From Pseudonocardiaceae bacterium (GTDB lineage: Bacteria > Actinomycetota > Actinomycetes > Mycobacteriales > Pseudonocardiaceae): 64,000 bases of DNA. The first letter of the stretch is position 1. The number at the start of each line of letters is the position of its first letter. A model generated the notes under the pieces. That model was not told where the DNA came from, did no database searches, and saw only the letters and a program-made list of their open reading frames with translations. Positions 1-9,468 of the stretch are shown here, piece after piece. The stretch spans positions 33,725-97,724 of the forward strand of contig JBOHGG010000015.1 of assembly GCA_050700115.1 (NCBI GenBank), written 5' to 3'. Made by a program: the position numbers and the translations under genes.

Positions 1-888
1 TGGATGCACCGGCGCACCGACGTGGACTACAACGCGTGGTGGATGTGCCTGATCCCGCGCACCATCGCCGAGGACATCGGGCTGCCGCTGCCGCTGTTCA
101 TCAAATGGGACGACGTCGAGTACGGGCTGCGTGCCCGCGATGCGGGTTACCCCACCGCGACCGTTCCCGGCGTGGCGATCTGGCACATGTCCTTTGCCGA
201 CAAGGACGACGCCACCGACTGGCAGGCCTACTTCCACCTGCGCAACCGGCTGGTCGGCGCTGCCCTGCACGGCACTGAGGCCCGGCCGACGGCGATGCTG
301 GCCGACAGCCTCAAGCACGCCCTCAAGCACGCGCTGGCGATGGAGTACTCCACGCTGGCGCTGCAGGAGATGGCGATCCGGGATTTCATGGCCGGGCCGC
401 AGGCGCTGTTCGAGAAGCTGCCCACAGCACTGGGCGAGGTCCGGGCCCGCTGCGCGGACTTCACCGACGGGCAGGTGGTGGACTCCCAAGAGCTGCCGCT
501 GCCGGCCCGCGGGCAGGTCGAGGTGCAGCGCATGCTGACCCCGCCCACCAACCCGGTCACCATCGGAGCGACCCTGCTCAAGCGCCTGGCGCATCAGCTG
601 CGGCCGATCGATGCCCAGGCCCACCACCGCCCGCAGCTGTCCCTGGCCCGCACCGACGCCCGGTGGTTCGTGCTGTCCGGGATGGACGGGGTGACCGTCT
701 CCACCGCGGACGGCCGCGGTGTCACCTACCGCAAGCGGGACCCGCGGGCGTTCCGCTCGATGCTCAGCCGCTCGGTGGCGCTACACCGGGAACTGGCCCG
801 GGAATTCCCCAGACTGCGCAAGCGATACCGTGACGCAGCCCCAGAGCTCACCGGCCGGGCCAGCTGGAAGCGGGTGTTCAACGCATGA
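1..888 (+). CDS. glfT2: Galactofuranosyltransferase GlfT2, C-terminal part (5' end lies outside the window)
   Basis: The frame is open to the window edge. The string WWMCLIPR..LFIKWDDVEYGLRA..DWQAYFHLRNRL matches the mycobacterial Rv3808c type. PAP2 and UbiA genes follow, as in Rv3808c-3807c-3806c. ATGA stop/start overlap with the next gene. Confidence 0.85.
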   Translation, partial: WMHRRTDVDYNAWWMCLIPRTIAEDIGLPLPLFIKWDDVEYGLRARDAGYPTATVPGVAIWHMSFADKDDATDWQAYFHLRNRLVGAALHGTEARPTAMLADSLKHALKHALAMEYSTLALQEMAIRDFMAGPQALFEKLPTALGEVRARCADFTDGQVVDSQELPLPARGQVEVQRMLTPPTNPVTIGATLLKRLAHQLRPIDAQAHHRPQLSLARTDARWFVLSGMDGVTVSTADGRGVTYRKRDPRAFRSMLSRSVALHRELAREFPRLRKRYRDAAPELTGRASWKRVFNA

Positions 889-1427
889 TGCTGCAACGAT
901 GGTCCTCCACCGATAGCCCGGAGGTCGCCCTGGTTGCTGCTGTGCAGCGCCGGATCGCGGCGCCCCGGGTGGTGACCGCTGCCCGCGGGCTGTCCCATTT
1001 CGGCGAGCACGCCCTGGGCTGGCTGGTGCTGGGCGCGCTGGGCGCGCTGGTCGACCGGCGGCGGCGCCGGGATTGGCTGATCTCCACTGCGGCGGTGGCC
1101 GCAGCGCACGGGGCATCGATCGGCGTCAAGCGGGTGGTGCGCCGGCACCGCCCGACCGACCCGTCGGTTTCGGTGCTGGTGGGCACGCCGAGCCGGCTGT
1201 CCTTCCCGTCTTCGCACGCCGCCTCGACCACCGCAGCCGCCGTCCTCTACGGCGGTCTGCTGCGCCGCCCACTCACCGCTGTGCTGGTGCCGCCGATGCT
1301 GGTCAGCCGGCTGGTGCTGGGCGTGCACTACCCGACCGACGTGCTGGTGGGTTCCGCCCTGGGCGCCGCCATCGGTTCCGGAGTGCGCCGGCGACTGCGT
1401 TCAAGCCCCCAGAGAGGATGGCGATGA
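885..1427 (+). CDS. PAP2-family phosphatase (decaprenylphosphoryl-5-phosphoribose phosphatase-like, Rv3807c-like)
   Basis: PAP2 motifs SFPSSHAA and GVHYPTDVLVG. Hydrophobic protein. Sits between glfT2 and ubiA. Confidence 0.8.
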   Translation: MMLQRWSSTDSPEVALVAAVQRRIAAPRVVTAARGLSHFGEHALGWLVLGALGALVDRRRRRDWLISTAAVAAAHGASIGVKRVVRRHRPTDPSVSVLVGTPSRLSFPSSHAASTTAAAVLYGGLLRRPLTAVLVPPMLVSRLVLGVHYPTDVLVGSALGAAIGSGVRRRLRSSPQRGWR

Positions 1428-2329
1428 CCGCCACCACCCAGCAGGACAGCAGGCTTGGGCGGACCAACCCGGTAGCCGGGCTGGTCCGCACCATGCGGCC
1501 CCGGCAGTGGTTGAAGAACGTTCTGGTGCTGGCCGCCCCGTTCGCCGGCGGTTACCTCTTCCAGCTGCACGTGCTCACCGCAGTCGGGATCGCCTTTGTC
1601 GCGTTCTCGCTCGCCGCGTCCGGCGTGTACCTGGTCAACGACGTCAACGACGTCGAGGCCGATCGGGCCCACCCGATCAAGCGCAACCGTCCGATCGCCG
1701 CTGGGGTGGTGGCGCCGACGCTGGGATTGGCCGTCGCGGTGCTGCTGTTCGCGGCCGCGATCGGAGTGTCCTTCCTGGCGTCGCCCGACCTTGCCATCGT
1801 CACGGTGGTCTACATCGCGGTGCAGATCTCCTACTGCTTGTGGCTCAAGCATCAGCCGGTGGTGGACATCGCCATCGTCGCGTCGGGCTTCCTCTTGCGG
1901 GCCATCGCGGGTGGCGCTGCCGCGGCGATCGAGCTGTCCCAGTGGTTCCTGCTCGTCGCCGCGTTCGGGTCGCTGTTCATGGTGGCCGGTAAGCGCTACG
2001 CCGAGATCCGCCTCGCCGAACGCACCGGCGCGAAGATCCGCAAGTCGCTGGAGCGCTACACCGCCTCCTACTTGCGCTTCGTGTGGACGTTGTCGGCCAC
2101 CGTGCTGATCATGACCTACGGTCTGTGGGCCTTCCAGCTCAGCCAGATCAACGCCTCGGTCTGGCCGATCATCTCCCTGGTTCCCTTCGTGGTGGCCGTG
2201 TTGCGCTACGCCGTGGACGTCGACGGCGGCAACGGCGGCGAACCCGAAGAGCTCGCCATCGGCGACCGCGTGCTCCAAGTCCTAGGCGTTTGTCTCGTGC
2301 TCACCCTCACCGCCGCCGTCTACCTCTAA
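1418..2329 (+). CDS. ubiA: Decaprenyl-phosphate phosphoribosyltransferase (UbiA family, Rv3806c-like)
   Basis: In-frame ATG at 1418 preceded by agagagg. RPRQWLKNVLVLAAPFAGG and NDVNDVEADRAHPIKRNRPIA prenyltransferase motifs. The 1073 upstream extension is Arg/Pro-rich and overlaps the PAP2 gene. Confidence 0.85.
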   Translation: MAMTATTQQDSRLGRTNPVAGLVRTMRPRQWLKNVLVLAAPFAGGYLFQLHVLTAVGIAFVAFSLAASGVYLVNDVNDVEADRAHPIKRNRPIAAGVVAPTLGLAVAVLLFAAAIGVSFLASPDLAIVTVVYIAVQISYCLWLKHQPVVDIAIVASGFLLRAIAGGAAAAIELSQWFLLVAAFGSLFMVAGKRYAEIRLAERTGAKIRKSLERYTASYLRFVWTLSATVLIMTYGLWAFQLSQINASVWPIISLVPFVVAVLRYAVDVDGGNGGEPEELAIGDRVLQVLGVCLVLTLTAAVYL

Positions 2330-2410
2330 CCCCCGCCCCCGCCGGTCGCCCACTCCCCGGTCGCCCGCCCCCGCCGGGGTCGCCCGCCCGCCCGTCGCCG
2401 GTCGCCCGGT

Positions 2411-2476
2411 GGCCGTGAACTCGACGTCAGCGACATTTCAGTCGTTCAATATGTCGCTCTCGTCGAGTTCACGGCC
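2411..2476. repeat. Hairpin repeat, copy 1 (GGCCGTGAACTCGACG ... CGTCGAGTTCACGGCC)
   Basis: Perfect 16-nt outer arms plus inner arms AGCGACAT/ATGTCGCT. Related copies at 3468..3527 and 37571..37632. Confidence 0.9.
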
Positions 2477-2578
2477 AGGGGCGAGCCGTGGGTGCGGAGT
2501 TGTCCACAGGTGGTCTTGTGTCCACAGGTGGGGGTTCGACCTGGGGGTGTTTGGCGGGGGGTGGGGCAGGGTTGGTCT

Positions 2579-3472
2579 GTGATCAATGCGCTGACCTTGG
2601 GGGTGGCCCCGTTCAGGGGATCATGGGCTGTGCAGCGCGGGCTTGTCACCAAGCGCATGCTCTGTGGCCCCCGCTACCACCGGCTGTTCCACGATATCTA
2701 CCTGCCCGCGAGTGCACCGGCCGATCTCGCCACTCGGTCGCGCGGGGCGGCCCTGCTTGCTTCCGGGCAGTGCGCGCTGTCCGGTTACTCGGCCGCGGAA
2801 CTGCTCGGTGCGAGCTGCGCACCGGCGGACGCGAATGCCGAGCTGACGGTGCCCGGCGGCGACTTCCGGGAGCAACCGGGTCTCACCGTTCACCGTGATC
2901 TGTTGGCAGGTGACGAGATTCTCGACGTCGGCGGCGTACCCGTCACCACCGCGCTGCGCACGGCCTGGGACCTGGCCCGGTGGCTGCCTACGGTGGAGGC
3001 GGTGGTGGCAATGGACGCGCTGGCCAGAGTTGGGTGGTTCGCCCCCACGGCCGTGCTCCAGATCCAGGGCCGCTACCCGCGGGCTCGCTGGCGCCGTCGG
3101 GTGCCCGGGGTGATCGACCTCGCCGACCCTGGAGCTGAGTCCCCGATGGAGACGCGTTCCCGGCTCGTGTTCGTGCTGCGCGGGTTACCGCGTCCCGAGC
3201 TGCAGTACCAGGTGTACGACGAGCTCGGCGAGTTCGTCGCTCGCCTCGACATGGCGTATCCGCTGCTGAAGCTGGCGATCGAGTACGACGGCCGGGGACA
3301 TCTCACCGCCTGGCAGCAGCAAGCGGACGCCCGCCGCCTCAACCGGCTAGACGCCTGCGGCTGGTCCGTTTTCCGCTTCACTTCCCCAGACGTCCTCCGG
3401 ACCCCAGACGCCATGGCCGCCCAAGTACGGGAAGCCCTCGCCCGCCGCTCCCGAGGACGGTCGACGTCGTGA
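2579..3472 (+). CDS. DUF559 (Vsr/endonuclease-like fold) domain protein
   Basis: N-terminal FRGSWAVQRGLVTKRMLCGPRYHRLFHDIYLP and C-terminal ESPMETRSRLVFVLRGLPRPELQY..LAIEYDGRGH, typical of actinobacterial DUF559 proteins. The GTG start at 2579 is a guess. The ORF is open from 2492. Confidence 0.7.
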   Translation: MINALTLGVAPFRGSWAVQRGLVTKRMLCGPRYHRLFHDIYLPASAPADLATRSRGAALLASGQCALSGYSAAELLGASCAPADANAELTVPGGDFREQPGLTVHRDLLAGDEILDVGGVPVTTALRTAWDLARWLPTVEAVVAMDALARVGWFAPTAVLQIQGRYPRARWRRRVPGVIDLADPGAESPMETRSRLVFVLRGLPRPELQYQVYDELGEFVARLDMAYPLLKLAIEYDGRGHLTAWQQQADARRLNRLDACGWSVFRFTSPDVLRTPDAMAAQVREALARRSRGRSTS

Positions 3473-3527
3473 GCTCGACGTCACCGACCTCACCGCCGCC
3501 GGAAATGTCTGTGGCGTCGAGTTCACG
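3468..3527. repeat. Hairpin repeat, copy 2 (degenerate)
   Basis: CGTGAGCTCGACG ... CGTCGAGTTCACG. The left arm contains the TGA stop of the DUF559 gene. Confidence 0.75.
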
Positions 3528-3554
3528 CCCTCATACTGAGCGAGGAAGAGAGGA

Positions 3555-5015
3555 GTGGGCGTGCTCGAAGATGAGCGGTGGCATGGGCGGGTTTTTGACG
3601 GAGGCTGGCGGCGATCTGCTGGCGGGGAGGTCCGCGTGGTGGCGCCGGCTACCGGCGAGGAGCTGGGCCTGGTGGGGCTGGCCGGGGTCGAGGACGTCAC
3701 CGCCTCGGCAGCCCAGGCGGCACTGGCCCAGCGGGACTGGGCGGCGATGCCGTTCCAGGAGCGGGCCGCGGTGCTGCGCCGGGCGGGCGAGGAGTTGCAG
3801 CGCCATACCGACGAGCTGTGCGGCTGGCTGATCCGTGAGGCCGGCAGTGTCCCGGGCAAGGCCCACTTCGAACTGCAGATGGCCGCCCAGGAGTGCTATG
3901 AGGCGGCAGCGTTGCCGTCGTGGCCGCAAGGTGAGGTGCTGGCAAGCGTTGCGCCCCTGCTGAGCATGGTGCGCCGGGTGCCGGCCGGGGTGGTCGGCGT
4001 CATCGCCCCGTTCAATGCCCCGCTGGTCCTGGCGCTGCGGTCGGTGGCCCCGGCATTGGCGCTGGGCAACGCGGTGGTGCTCAAGCCCGACCCGCGCACC
4101 GCGGTCTGCGGCGGGGTCGTGCTGGCCGCGGTGTTCGAAGCAGCCGGGTTGCCCCCGGGCGTCCTGCACGTGCTGCCCGGTGGCGCGGACATCGGCGCCG
4201 CGCTGGTCGCGGATCCGCACGTCAGGGTGATCTCGTTCACCGGCTCGACCTCGGCCGGTCGAGCGGTCGGCGAGTTGGCCGGTCGCTATCTCAAGCGGGC
4301 CCATCTGGAGCTGGGCGGCAACTCCGCGCTGATCGTGCTGGACGACGCCGATCTCGAGCCGGCCATCGGCGCGGCCGCCTGGGGCGCGTTCCTCCACCAG
4401 GGCCAGGCCTGCATGGCCATCGGCCGGCACCTGGTGCACGACTCGATCTACTCCGAATACGTGGAGCGGCTGGCCGCCAAGGCCGACGCGCTGCCGGTCG
4501 GCGATCCGGCGACCGAGCAGGTCGCGCTCGGCCCGATCATCGATGCCACTCAGCGCGACAAGATCCACCACCTGGTGACCAGCAGCGTGGCGGCGGGCGC
4601 CCGGCTCGCCGCGGGCGGAACCTACCGGGACCTGTTCTACCGCCCCACGGTCCTGGCCGACGCGGGCCCGTCCATCCCGGCCTACGACCAGGAGGTGTTC
4701 GGGCCGGTCGCGCCGGTGACCCGGTTCGCCACCCTCGATGACGCGGTGAAGCTGGCGTCGGCCAGCGAATACGGCATGGCACTGGGCATCCTGACCTCCG
4801 ACGTGGCTCGGGGTCTAGCGCTGGCCGAGCGGATTCCGACCGGGATCGCGCACATCAACGACCAGACGCTCAACGACGGGGCACATGTGCCCTTCGGCGG
4901 GGTGCTGGCGTCGGGTACCGGTTCCCGGCTCGGTGGTGCCGCCGCGAACATCGACGCGTTCACCGAGACCCGATGGATCACCGCACGCGGGGACATCCCC
5001 CGATACCCGTTCTGA
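3555..5015 (+). CDS. NAD(P)-dependent aldehyde dehydrogenase
   Basis: 486-aa ORF with a GTG start after ggaagagaggag. ALDH signatures FTGSTSAGR, ELGGNSALIV and GQACMA (catalytic Cys region). Confidence 0.85.
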   Translation: MGVLEDERWHGRVFDGGWRRSAGGEVRVVAPATGEELGLVGLAGVEDVTASAAQAALAQRDWAAMPFQERAAVLRRAGEELQRHTDELCGWLIREAGSVPGKAHFELQMAAQECYEAAALPSWPQGEVLASVAPLLSMVRRVPAGVVGVIAPFNAPLVLALRSVAPALALGNAVVLKPDPRTAVCGGVVLAAVFEAAGLPPGVLHVLPGGADIGAALVADPHVRVISFTGSTSAGRAVGELAGRYLKRAHLELGGNSALIVLDDADLEPAIGAAAWGAFLHQGQACMAIGRHLVHDSIYSEYVERLAAKADALPVGDPATEQVALGPIIDATQRDKIHHLVTSSVAAGARLAAGGTYRDLFYRPTVLADAGPSIPAYDQEVFGPVAPVTRFATLDDAVKLASASEYGMALGILTSDVARGLALAERIPTGIAHINDQTLNDGAHVPFGGVLASGTGSRLGGAAANIDAFTETRWITARGDIPRYPF

Positions 5016-5288
5016 TCGCCGTTACTGGAGCTGCGACCAGCTGACGTGGACCCGCTACTCGCGTGCTAGGGCCCCTCAGTCCCTGAGAAGTTCGACATAG
5101 CCGGTCGCCTCGGCGCGGCACCATTCGGAGCCAACTCCGTGGGCGCTACGCGCCGCCCTGAGGGGTGAGATACGGGTTACCGGCGGTCCCGGTCACCCGT
5201 ATTTCGAAGCGATTAGCGGTTCACGCTGTTCCGATGTTACGAGAACCTGTCGCACTCAGCGTCGCGCTCATTGCGCTCCGCCGCCGGT

Positions 5289-5370
5289 GGCCGTGAACCG
5301 CTATTCGGCTCCGAATGGCGACCCACGGCGGCCGTGAACCGCTATTCGGCTCCGAATGGCGACCCACCGA
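5289..5370. repeat. Tandem 41-bp repeat, two copies
   Basis: The identical 38-mer GGCCGTGAACCGCTATTCGGCTCCGAATGGCGACCCAC occurs at 5289 and 5330. Each unit is itself a hairpin (CGCTATTCGG/CCGAATGGCG). Confidence 0.9.
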
Positions 5371-5489
5371 GGCTGGCCCCGAGATCAGATACGGAGCCGT
5401 CCTTGAGTTGATCGAGGACACGTATGCAGTGGATCTATCGCACGTGCCCAATTGCCGGGAGACATTGAGTGCCGCCTGCAGTTGCCTGC

Positions 5490-6335
5490 TCACCGACGCG
5501 CCGCCTGCAGCCGCGCCCGATGCCGGGCCGCCCGCCCGCGCTGTAACCACCACTCGGCGACCAGCAGGTTGACCCCCCAGCTCAGCCAGACGCTCGCGCC
5601 GGCCGCTGCATTGATCATCGCCGCCTGGTCTCCCCCGAAGGTCGTGTCCAACTGGGGGGACAGGACGATGAAGAGCAGGACCACCCAGAGCCGGTTCACC
5701 ATGATCGACGTGGTCAGCGCGAAGCTGCGGATCATCCACTCGCGGTGCTCGGCGAACCGCCGTTGCCGGGCCATCCGGTAACCGGCGATCGTGATCGGCA
5801 GCCACAACAGTGCCAGCATCGTGTTCCCGACCTGGGAGACGAACCCCGTGCTGCTCAGCGGGGCGACCCCGAGCACCGCAATGCCGGCCGGCAGCACCCC
5901 ACCGAAGACGTACACCCGCCCGATCGTCCGGTGCGCTGCCGGGTAGCGGTGACGGAACCACGGCCACACCTGCATGCAGCCGGCGAGCAGCGCCACCGAG
6001 CCGAAGAGGATGTGCGTCACCAGCAGCGGGTAGTACAACGGGAAGCCCTCCCGAAGCCCCGGCAACCGTGACTGGCTCGGGTCGAACGTCAGGTACGGCG
6101 GCAGCGCGAAGGCGACGAACGCCACGCACAACAGCGCCAGTGGCAGCATCCAGCGCAGCTGCCGCCGGCGCCGGGCCTTGCCGCCGGAGGGTCCGAGCGG
6201 CGTCCCCACCGCCGTAGCCGTTGCAGATCCCACCGCGTCCCCGTCCGGCGTTGTCGTTGTGTTCGTCACTGTGCTGATCCTCGCCGTGTCGTCGAGTTGG
6301 AACTGGCTGGGCAGTTCTGCATGTTGACCGTACAA
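5490..6335 (-). CDS. DUF2306-family integral membrane protein
   Basis: Multi-TM protein with HILFGSVALLAGCMQVWPWFRHRYPAAHRTIGRVY. Divergent from a TetR gene. TTG start, uncertain. Confidence 0.65.
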   Translation of the reverse strand: MYGQHAELPSQFQLDDTARISTVTNTTTTPDGDAVGSATATAVGTPLGPSGGKARRRRQLRWMLPLALLCVAFVAFALPPYLTFDPSQSRLPGLREGFPLYYPLLVTHILFGSVALLAGCMQVWPWFRHRYPAAHRTIGRVYVFGGVLPAGIAVLGVAPLSSTGFVSQVGNTMLALLWLPITIAGYRMARQRRFAEHREWMIRSFALTTSIMVNRLWVVLLFIVLSPQLDTTFGGDQAAMINAAAGASVWLSWGVNLLVAEWWLQRGRAARHRARLQAARR

Positions 6336-6404
6336 GCGTCTGAGAATTTTGTATAGAACGAATGTTCAAGACGTTTGTCCTGACTGAGGAGTACGATCAC
6401 GGGC

Positions 6405-7028
6405 ATGGGTAACCGGGAGGACCTGCTGGCCGGCGCCAAACGCTGCCTGTACGAGAAGGGGTACGGGCGCACGACCGCGCGTGACATCGCGGCGGCTGCC
6501 GGTGTCAGCCTGGCCGCCATCGGTTACCACTTCGGGTCCAAGGAGACGCTGCTCAATGCGGCGATGATGCAGGCGACCGGGGAGTGGGGCGAGGAGCTCG
6601 AGCGAGCACTGGCTACCGAGATTGATCCCGATGCCACCCCGATGGAGCGGTTCGAGACGGCGTGGGCGAGGGTGGTGGAGTCGTTGGCCGCGCACCGGCC
6701 ACTATGGGCCGCTCAGTTCGAGATCTTCGCGCAGATCGACCGCGCGCCGGACATACGTGAATTTCTGGCCGACGCGCAACGGCAAGGACGCCTGGGGCTG
6801 GCGTCGTTGCTGCAGAACATCGACCCCGCGGTCGATGAGGAGAAGGCGCGGGTAGTCGGCGGGTTCTACCACGCACTGCTCAGCGGCGTCCTCGTGCAAT
6901 GGCTGACCGACCCGGACAGCGCCCCGTCGGGGTGTGACCTGGCCGATGCGCTGCGCATCATCGTGACCGATATCGGCTCGGTCGATCAGGTCGCGTCCCC
7001 GCAGGACGCCGACGTACCGGAACGCTAA
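6405..7028 (+). CDS. TetR-family transcriptional regulator
   Basis: N-terminal HTH GYGRTTARDIAAAAGVSLAAIGYHFGSKETLL. Confidence 0.85.
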   Translation: MGNREDLLAGAKRCLYEKGYGRTTARDIAAAAGVSLAAIGYHFGSKETLLNAAMMQATGEWGEELERALATEIDPDATPMERFETAWARVVESLAAHRPLWAAQFEIFAQIDRAPDIREFLADAQRQGRLGLASLLQNIDPAVDEEKARVVGGFYHALLSGVLVQWLTDPDSAPSGCDLADALRIIVTDIGSVDQVASPQDADVPER

Positions 7029-7037
7029 TACCAGCGC

Positions 7038-7793
7038 TCAGATCGGCAGGCGGCGGAAGATCGGGCGCGGCATGTGCCGCAGTGCGGACATCACGAACCG
7101 CATCGGGGCCGGCGCCCATGCTTGCTCGCGGCCGTGCGCCACGGCGTCCACGATCACCTCGGCGACCTGCTCCGGGGTGACCGCCAGCGGGGCGGCCTTC
7201 ATCCCTGCGGTCATCTTGGTACGCACGAACCCGGGCCGGATCACCGAGACCTTGATGCCGCCTGGCCGCAGTGCCTCGGTCAGACCGGTGTAGAAGGCGT
7301 CCAGGCCGGCCTTGGTGGAGCCGTAGCCGAAGTTCGAGCGCCGGGGCCGCTCGGCAGCGGCGGAGGACAGCGCGACCAGCGCGCCGTGGCCCTGCCTTTG
7401 CAGTGTCTTGGCCAGCAGCACCCCGACCGACACCGCACCCACGTAGTTGACCTGCGCGAGTTCGACGGCGGTGGCATGGTCGGTCCAGGCCTTCTCCTGG
7501 TCTCCGAGCAGCCCGAAGGCGACCAGCGTGACGTCGATGTCGCCGTCGGCGAAGGCCTTCTCGATGGTCGCCGGATGCGACGCGGTGTCGGCCGCATCGA
7601 AGGGCAGCGTCACCACGGTGGCGCCCAGGCGGTCCAGTCGCGCCGCCGCGGCGTCCAACCGCTCCGACGGGCGGGCCGCCAGTACCACCCGCAGCGGCCG
7701 CCGGGTGGCGTAGCGCTCCGCGGTGGCCAGCGCGATCTCGGAGGTGCCGCCGAGCAGCAGCAAGGATTGGGGGTTACCCACAGCGTCGATCAC
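7038..7793 (-). CDS. dprE2: Decaprenylphosphoryl-2-keto-ribose reductase DprE2 (SDR)
   Basis: GTG at 7793 overlaps the dprE1 stop (GTGA). SDR motifs [10 protein letters not shown] and YGSTKAGLD. The long upstream extension of ORF 7038..8108 overlaps dprE1 and is rejected. Confidence 0.85.
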   Translation of the reverse strand: MIDAVGNPQSLLLLGGTSEIALATAERYATRRPLRVVLAARPSERLDAAAARLDRLGATVVTLPFDAADTASHPATIEKAFADGDIDVTLVAFGLLGDQEKAWTDHATAVELAQVNYVGAVSVGVLLAKTLQRQGHGALVALSSAAAERPRRSNFGYGSTKAGLDAFYTGLTEALRPGGIKVSVIRPGFVRTKMTAGMKAAPLAVTPEQVAEVIVDAVAHGREQAWAPAPMRFVMSALRHMPRPIFRRLPI

Positions 7794-9142
7794 AGCTCGA
7801 GTCTCCTGGAGAGGTCGGAAACGAAGATCCCGCCGGGGTCGGTGGCGGCGCGGATCTTGCGCCACTCGTCGATTCGCGGGTACATGCGGTGCAGGGTGGC
7901 CGCGGAGGTCCGGGACTCCTTGGCCAGGTAGAGCCGCCCACCGGCCTCGAGTACCTGCGCGTCGAGCCGGTCGCAGAACTCCGCGAGCCCCCGGCGGATC
8001 GGGAAGTCCACGGTGATCGTCCAGCCCGGCTGGGGGAACGACAGCGGCGCCCGACCGGCCTCGCCGAAACGCTTGAGCACGTTGAGGAAGGAGACGTGCC
8101 CGGAGCACGTGATGTCCTCCACGATGCGCCGGAAGGCATCCTGCCTGTCAAGGGGAACCACGAACTGGTACTGCAGGAAACCGTGCGGACCGTACGCCCG
8201 GTTCCACTGCCCGATCATGTCCAGCGGGTGATAGAAGGCGGTCAGGTTCTGCACCTCGTCGCGGCGGCGCCGGGGCGCCTTGCGGTACCACGCCTCGCTC
8301 ATCGCAGCGAAGATCGCCCGGTTAGCCAGGCCGTGGGGGAAGACGTTCGGTGCGGTGAACAGTTGCGGGGCGTCGAAGGCCAGCGGAGCCCGGCGCAGCT
8401 TCGGCGGCAGCTCGTCGCGCCGGGCTAACGAGCCGCGGGTGAGCACCGCGCGCCCCAGCTTCGGGCCCGTCGAGATGGCGTCGAACCAGGCGGCGGAGTA
8501 GTCGTAGCGGTCGTCGGAGCCGTCGGTGAGCAGGTCCATCAGCTCGTCGAGGTCCGCGGTGCGGTCGGTGTCGACGACGAAGTACGCCGACTCGACCTGC
8601 GTGAGCGCAATGGTGGCTCGCACGATGATCCCGGTCAGCCCCATGCCCCCGACGGTGGCCCAGAACAGCTCGTCGTCCGGGGTCAGCGTGCTGACCGCCC
8701 CGTCGGCGGTGACCAGGTCGATCGCCTGCACATGGCTGCCGAAGGTGCCTGCAGAGTGGTGGTTCTTGCCGTGGATGTCGGCCGCGATCGCGCCGCCCAC
8801 GGTGACCTGCCGGGTGCCGGGCAGCACCGGGACCCACAACCCGAACGGCAGCGCGGCGCGCATCAGCGCATCGAGGCTGACGCCCGCGTCGAGCACGGCC
8901 AGGCCGCTGCCCGCGTCGATGGAATGGATCCTGGACAGCCCGGTCATGTCGATGACCAGCCCACCCGCGTTCTGTGCCGGGTCGCCGTAGGACCGTCCCA
9001 GCCCGCGGGCGATCACCCCGCGGCTGTCCACGCTGCGTACAGCCTGCTGGATCGCCTCGACGGTCGGGTCGACCAGCACCCGCGCGCTGGTCGGCGCGGT
9101 GCGCCCCCAGCCGGTGAGGGTACGAATGACGGTCTCAGGCAT
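7790..9142 (-). CDS. dprE1: Decaprenylphosphoryl-ribose 2'-oxidase DprE1 (FAD)
   Basis: ATG at 9142 ([15 protein letters not shown]). [11 protein letters not shown] motif. About 450 aa. Followed directly by dprE2. Confidence 0.9.
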   Translation of the reverse strand: MPETVIRTLTGWGRTAPTSARVLVDPTVEAIQQAVRSVDSRGVIARGLGRSYGDPAQNAGGLVIDMTGLSRIHSIDAGSGLAVLDAGVSLDALMRAALPFGLWVPVLPGTRQVTVGGAIAADIHGKNHHSAGTFGSHVQAIDLVTADGAVSTLTPDDELFWATVGGMGLTGIIVRATIALTQVESAYFVVDTDRTADLDELMDLLTDGSDDRYDYSAAWFDAISTGPKLGRAVLTRGSLARRDELPPKLRRAPLAFDAPQLFTAPNVFPHGLANRAIFAAMSEAWYRKAPRRRRDEVQNLTAFYHPLDMIGQWNRAYGPHGFLQYQFVVPLDRQDAFRRIVEDITCSGHVSFLNVLKRFGEAGRAPLSFPQPGWTITVDFPIRRGLAEFCDRLDAQVLEAGGRLYLAKESRTSAATLHRMYPRIDEWRKIRAATDPGGIFVSDLSRRLEL

Positions 9143-9380
9143 CGGCGCCGAGGCTACCGACCTGACCCCGCAACCGGCGCCCGGGGTCCGGCAGCTATCC
9201 TCTGCCCCGGTCCGAACCGCCGTGGGTTCGGACCGGGACAGACCCTTACTACCCTCCGTTACTGCCAGATCCACCCCAGTGGTCGAAGGCAAGCCGACGG
9301 GAGACGTGACGATGCGAGTGGTGGGGTCTACGATGAAGCATCCGGTCTTACTCCTTATGGGTGGAGGGGATTGGATATGG

Positions 9381-9409
9381 CTGGGGTCGGTGTGCGGCAC
9401 CGACCCCAG
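9381..9409 (-). terminator. Possible stem-loop terminator after the XRE gene
   Basis: 12-bp perfect stem CTGGGGTCGGTG/CACCGACCCCAG, about 60 nt past the stop at 9469. No clear U-tail. Confidence 0.35.
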
Positions 9410-9468
9410 CTTGTATTAACGGAATCCGCCGTTCGGGCGAACCTCTTACGATGAGCTACCTCCTCGTA

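Noticed and set aside
1073-1417. N-terminal 115-codon extension of the UbiA ORF.
   Set aside because: It overlaps the PAP2 gene in another frame and is Arg/Gly/Pro-rich. A proper ATG with an RBS at 1418 gives a normal-length UbiA.
5289-5370. Possible CRISPR array.
   Set aside because: There are only two directly abutting 41-bp units, with no unique spacers and no cas genes in the window.
5221-6369. 382-aa ORF covering the repeat-rich spacer and the DUF2306 gene region.
   Set aside because: It is out of frame with the membrane-protein reading 5490..6335, and its sequence is low-complexity Arg/Ala/Gly. It runs through the tandem repeats.
7794-8108. Upstream extension of the DprE2 ORF.
   Set aside because: It lies inside dprE1 coding sequence. 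The GTGA-coupled start at 7793 gives the expected ~251-aa SDR.
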